Shown: positions 60,992-64,000 of the stretch, piece by piece
How positions within the stretch are numbered: the first letter of the stretch is position 1
How the letters are laid out: each line of letters starts with the position of its first letter
Notes under the pieces: generated by a model
The model's input: only the letters and a program-made list of their open reading frames with translations
What the model was told of the DNA's origin: nothing
Database searches by the model: none
Made by a program: the position numbers and the translations under genes
From: Candidatus Poribacteria bacterium
Lineage (GTDB): Bacteria > Poribacteria > WGA-4E > PCPOR2b
Direction of reading: 5' to 3'
DNA length: 64,000 nucleotides
Assembly (NCBI GenBank): GCA_965218095.1
Contig: OZ244587.1
Span: 5,344,001 to 5,408,000 of the forward strand

Positions 60992-62020
60992 TTATGACTG
61001 ATGTGAGTATAAAACCTGATCAACCACCTCCTTGGCGTCGATTGCCATCATACACAAATTGGGCTTATCTTTGCGCATGCACTTTCGCTTGTAGCAAGGA
61101 CGGCACGTCACTGGCTTCTGGATGACGCAATGTCCTTCCCCATACGGGCGATGGCGCGTCGGGCTTGTCGGACCAAACAAGGCAATCGTCGGTGTCCCGA
61201 CAGCCGCTGCAATATGCATCGGGCCGCTGTCACAAGTCAAATAAAGATCGCAGCGTTCGATGAGCACGCCGAGTTGCATCAGCGTTGTCTTTCCGATGAG
61301 ATTGATTGCATTCACTCTGGCAATCTGTGCCAACGCTTCGCCGAGTGGAATTTCAGAAGCGGAACCTGTCAGCAGCATCGGAACGTTGAAACGGTTTTGC
61401 ACCTGCGTGATGACCGCCGCGAAATTCTCTAAACTCCAACGCTTTGTCTGCCACGTCGTACCCAGATTTACCCCCATGACCCGATCTCCGGGGAAGATGC
61501 CGTGAGCTGCAAGGATCTGACTAACAGTGTCGCGATCGGCGTCCGTATACCAAAACTCCAGTTCTGCGTTTGGCTCGTGAATATCGATCAACGCTAACAC
61601 GCGTAGGTAACGGTGGACTTCGTGGAGGTCTGTTCGATCGGGACAAGAGCTCGTCAGCAAGATGCCACGACCGCTTACATTCGAGCCAATTCGTTCAGGA
61701 ACACCCGCCAGAAAGGGAATTAATGCGTTACGGAAGGAGGTTGGGTGCAGGATGATTGCGAGATCGAAGTTTGATCGACGAACATGCCTCACTGACTTCC
61801 AGAGAGATTTCAAACGGCTGCAGGCCCCCGCCTTGCTGTCGATGATCACTTCATCAATATACGGATGAGTCGTCATCAGATTGGCGACAAGTGGGCGGAG
61901 CATCAGTGCCAGATGGGATTGCGGATAAGTGATTTTCAACGCCCTTAATGTGGGCGTGAGCAGTACCATATCCCCGATCCAGCCGCCGGTTTGGGTGACA
62001 AGAATTCGATCTCTCAACAA
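60992..62020 (-). CDS. waaF: Glycosyltransferase family 9 (LPS heptosyltransferase II-like)
   Basis: WIGDMVLLTP, TKRWS, NLIGKTTL, CDSGPMHIAAAVGTPTIALFGPT, CRPC. Confidence 0.82.
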   Translation of the reverse strand: MLRDRILVTQTGGWIGDMVLLTPTLRALKITYPQSHLALMLRPLVANLMTTHPYIDEVIIDSKAGACSRLKSLWKSVRHVRRSNFDLAIILHPTSFRNALIPFLAGVPERIGSNVSGRGILLTSSCPDRTDLHEVHRYLRVLALIDIHEPNAELEFWYTDADRDTVSQILAAHGIFPGDRVMGVNLGTTWQTKRWSLENFAAVITQVQNRFNVPMLLTGSASEIPLGEALAQIARVNAINLIGKTTLMQLGVLIERCDLYLTCDSGPMHIAAAVGTPTIALFGPTSPTRHRPYGEGHCVIQKPVTCRPCYKRKCMRKDKPNLCMMAIDAKEVVDQVLYSHQS

Positions 62021-62067
62021 ATACGACCTCAGTTTTCCAGCTTGGGTTTATTTAATGGGTAGTTTCC

Positions 62068-62271
62068 CTACGGACTATCTGCAATTTGTTTCTGCAAACG
62101 AGCGACTACTTCAGGAGAAAGATCGAGATCTGGTTCAACAACTTCTCGTTCTGCAAATGTCTGTTCAATTTCAGCGTCAGAAGCTCGCCCCAAGTTTCGA
62201 ACCAGTGCATTGTATCGTTCCCGTTGCTTTTCAGCCTCATTTTCCGGTATTCTTTCCACTGTATAAGCCAT
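62068..62271 (-). CDS. Small hypothetical protein
   Basis: 67 aa, ATG after GAAGGA, charged helical composition. Confidence 0.5.
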   Translation of the reverse strand: MAYTVERIPENEAEKQRERYNALVRNLGRASDAEIEQTFAEREVVEPDLDLSPEVVARLQKQIADSP

Positions 62272-62527
62272 TGCTTGGTCAATCCTTCAAAGACGACGTT
62301 TGCGTCAATCGCTGCGTAGGGTAAGATACGATTATAGCATGGTATATGGTGTCTTTGTCAACGTGTTTGTGAGTTTTGAGGTTTGATTTCCAATGGCGTC
62401 GTTTTTGTGATATAATTGAACATATATTTATCACCTGATAGACAAGGCGAATGGGCTATTCCCTGTGACCTACAAGAGTTTCGCGGTTAGCCTATTAGAG
62501 GAAGTGGAGAAACTCAACGGTTCTGAG

Positions 62528-62658
62528 CTAGTGTTTCGTCAAGTTTAGTTTGATGGATCGGTTGTTTCGATTGAGTCAGGTTGACATGGGAGATTTCTCC
62601 TGCCGAACCGATTTGGCTCGCCCTCCCATCCATCAACTCAAGGTTGACAGACCACTAG
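62528..62658. mobile_element. CTAG-bounded MITE-like element
   Basis: ctagtgtttcgtcaagtttagtttgatggat ... atccatcaactcaaggttgacagaccactag imperfect TIRs; left end also at 8943. Confidence 0.7.
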
Positions 62659-62835
62659 CCCTGTTCCGTCAGTCGCTGGGAGCAAAGGTTGTGCGTGAAG
62701 ATCATCTGATGGAAGGTAGCCATAAATGTGCCTGCCGTATTGCCAAAATTCCCAAAAGTAACAAGCCATAAGGAAGATTAGTTGTGCTGATGTGCAAACG
62801 TCTTATTGAGCGAGAGAGCGAAAGGATTAAGTGAA

Positions 62836-63432
62836 ATGGCAGAATCCGACGCCCCAACGCCGCATGGTAGACGCGCATTCTTCCGGGAAGCATTTACAAG
62901 GCTAGTCCAACCGGTTGCGGAGTACTTAGATACACAGATCGGCGCTTACCTCCCTGACGAGAAATCCCTGTTACGACCACCGGGAGCACTCCCTGAAGCG
63001 ACGTTTTTGGATACCTGTTTGCGGTGTGGAAACTGTGTCGCTAGCTGCCCCGCCGAAGCCATTCAGCCTTTGCAGAACAGTAATCCGGATCTGGCTGGGA
63101 CGCCCTGGATCGATCCGGACGACCAACCATGTGTTGTCTGTGATTCACTTGAATGTATGCAGGTGTGTCCGAGCGGGGCGTTGCAAAAGCTCACAGTTGA
63201 TGCGATTCAGATCGGTTTAGCCGAAGTCAATTATGATGTTTGCCTTCGGACTCAAGGGATCGATTGTCGCTACTGTGTTGATGCCTGCCCAATTGGCGAA
63301 AAAGCAATCCGGCTTGATTCCCAAAAACGCGTCGAGGTCTTTTCCTCGGGTTGTATTGGTTGTGGTGTATGTCAGCATCAGTGTCCAACTGCGCCAAAAT
63401 CTATTATTATCCGACCACTTGTCGTAAACTGA
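62836..63432 (+). CDS. NapG/MauM-family ferredoxin-type 4Fe-4S protein
   Basis: GRRAFF, LRPPGA, CLRCGNCVASCP, CMQVCPSGAL, CRYCVDACP, CIGCGVCQHQCP. Confidence 0.88.
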   Translation: MAESDAPTPHGRRAFFREAFTRLVQPVAEYLDTQIGAYLPDEKSLLRPPGALPEATFLDTCLRCGNCVASCPAEAIQPLQNSNPDLAGTPWIDPDDQPCVVCDSLECMQVCPSGALQKLTVDAIQIGLAEVNYDVCLRTQGIDCRYCVDACPIGEKAIRLDSQKRVEVFSSGCIGCGVCQHQCPTAPKSIIIRPLVVN

Positions 63433-63434
63433 AC

Positions 63435-64000
63435 ATGAGGTTTCAATTCTTTCGGTTATGGTTCCTTAAGCTGGGTAGATTAAAATCGCAATCCACTGGC
63501 AGTGCACGTCTCCAGGCTCGCGTATCGATCAGATCACAAGTCGGGAGACCCCGATGGATCGGGATGCAAGCACATGCGCTACTACCAACTTTCCACCCTT
63601 TTTCCCTTCTTTCTGTGTGGCTCACCGCTATCTTTGTTTTATCACTTCTGTTCTTCGAGAGTGCATTCGCTCAAGAAGGCATTCACATCCTTTCGCACGA
63701 ATTTGACCCGGACGATATTACAGTCGGTGATGCGGTTCAGTTGCGGTTGCTGATCGAGGCTGATGAGAACCTGCATATTTACCTGGATGCAATTGATCTC
63801 AGCAATCATCAGCATCTGGAAGTCGATAAACCCCAGGTGAAACGGATAAAACCCGAGAGACCGATAATTGGCAAAGCGCTCTATGAAGTGACCTACCTCT
63901 CACGGGCGTTCGCTCCCGGCACACATACCCTCCCACCAATTACAATCAAATACACCGATACCAATGCAAACAATGCAAGCCTCCAGACCCCTGCTTACTC
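63435..64000 (+). CDS. BatD-like exported protein (partial; runs off the window)
   Basis: Frame open from ATG 63435; signal segment ending ESAFA-Q; ITVGDAVQLRL, AFAPGTHTLPPITIKY. Confidence 0.6.
   Translation, partial: MRFQFFRLWFLKLGRLKSQSTGSARLQARVSIRSQVGRPRWIGMQAHALLPTFHPFSLLSVWLTAIFVLSLLFFESAFAQEGIHILSHEFDPDDITVGDAVQLRLLIEADENLHIYLDAIDLSNHQHLEVDKPQVKRIKPERPIIGKALYEVTYLSRAFAPGTHTLPPITIKYTDTNANNASLQTPAY

Noticed and set aside
1-64000. tRNA and rRNA genes
   Set aside because: No cloverleaf/T-loop signatures or rRNA-like stretches were recognised by eye

Overview
64-kb bacterial genomic window of intermediate GC. The gene content suggests Candidatus Poribacteria or a relative (inference). 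It includes several phytanoyl-CoA dioxygenases, Gfo/Idh/MocA oxidoreductases, sugar-phosphate isomerase TIM barrels, HpcH aldolases, sulfatases, TPR and WD40 proteins, a LamG protein with an 'AVSPKSKLSTTWGSIK' tail, an FG-GAP/ASPIC protein and a DUF6785-like membrane protein. About 40 intact genes, mostly catabolic or envelope-related, are mixed with at least 13 decayed genes (EcoRV-like R-M system, transketolase, sdhC, sialidase, sulfatase, Rpn, amidohydrolase and others) and many MITE/REP-like repeats. No rRNA, tRNA or CRISPR array was recognised. The most unusual part is the 43.6-54 kb region. It holds (i) nested IS5-type terminal repeats bracketing a lipoprotein gene, a Cre-like tyrosine recombinase and an IS5 transposase; (ii) a 14-blade WD40 protein whose near-identical repeats appear to be shuffled combinatorially; and (iii) a LamG gene flanked by perfect inverted repeats and TTAA, sitting inside what looks like a promoter-hairpin-terminator small-RNA or leader locus. 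Together these suggest secreted-protein genes move as about 1-kb non-autonomous cassettes. All calls were made by eye; no database searches were run.
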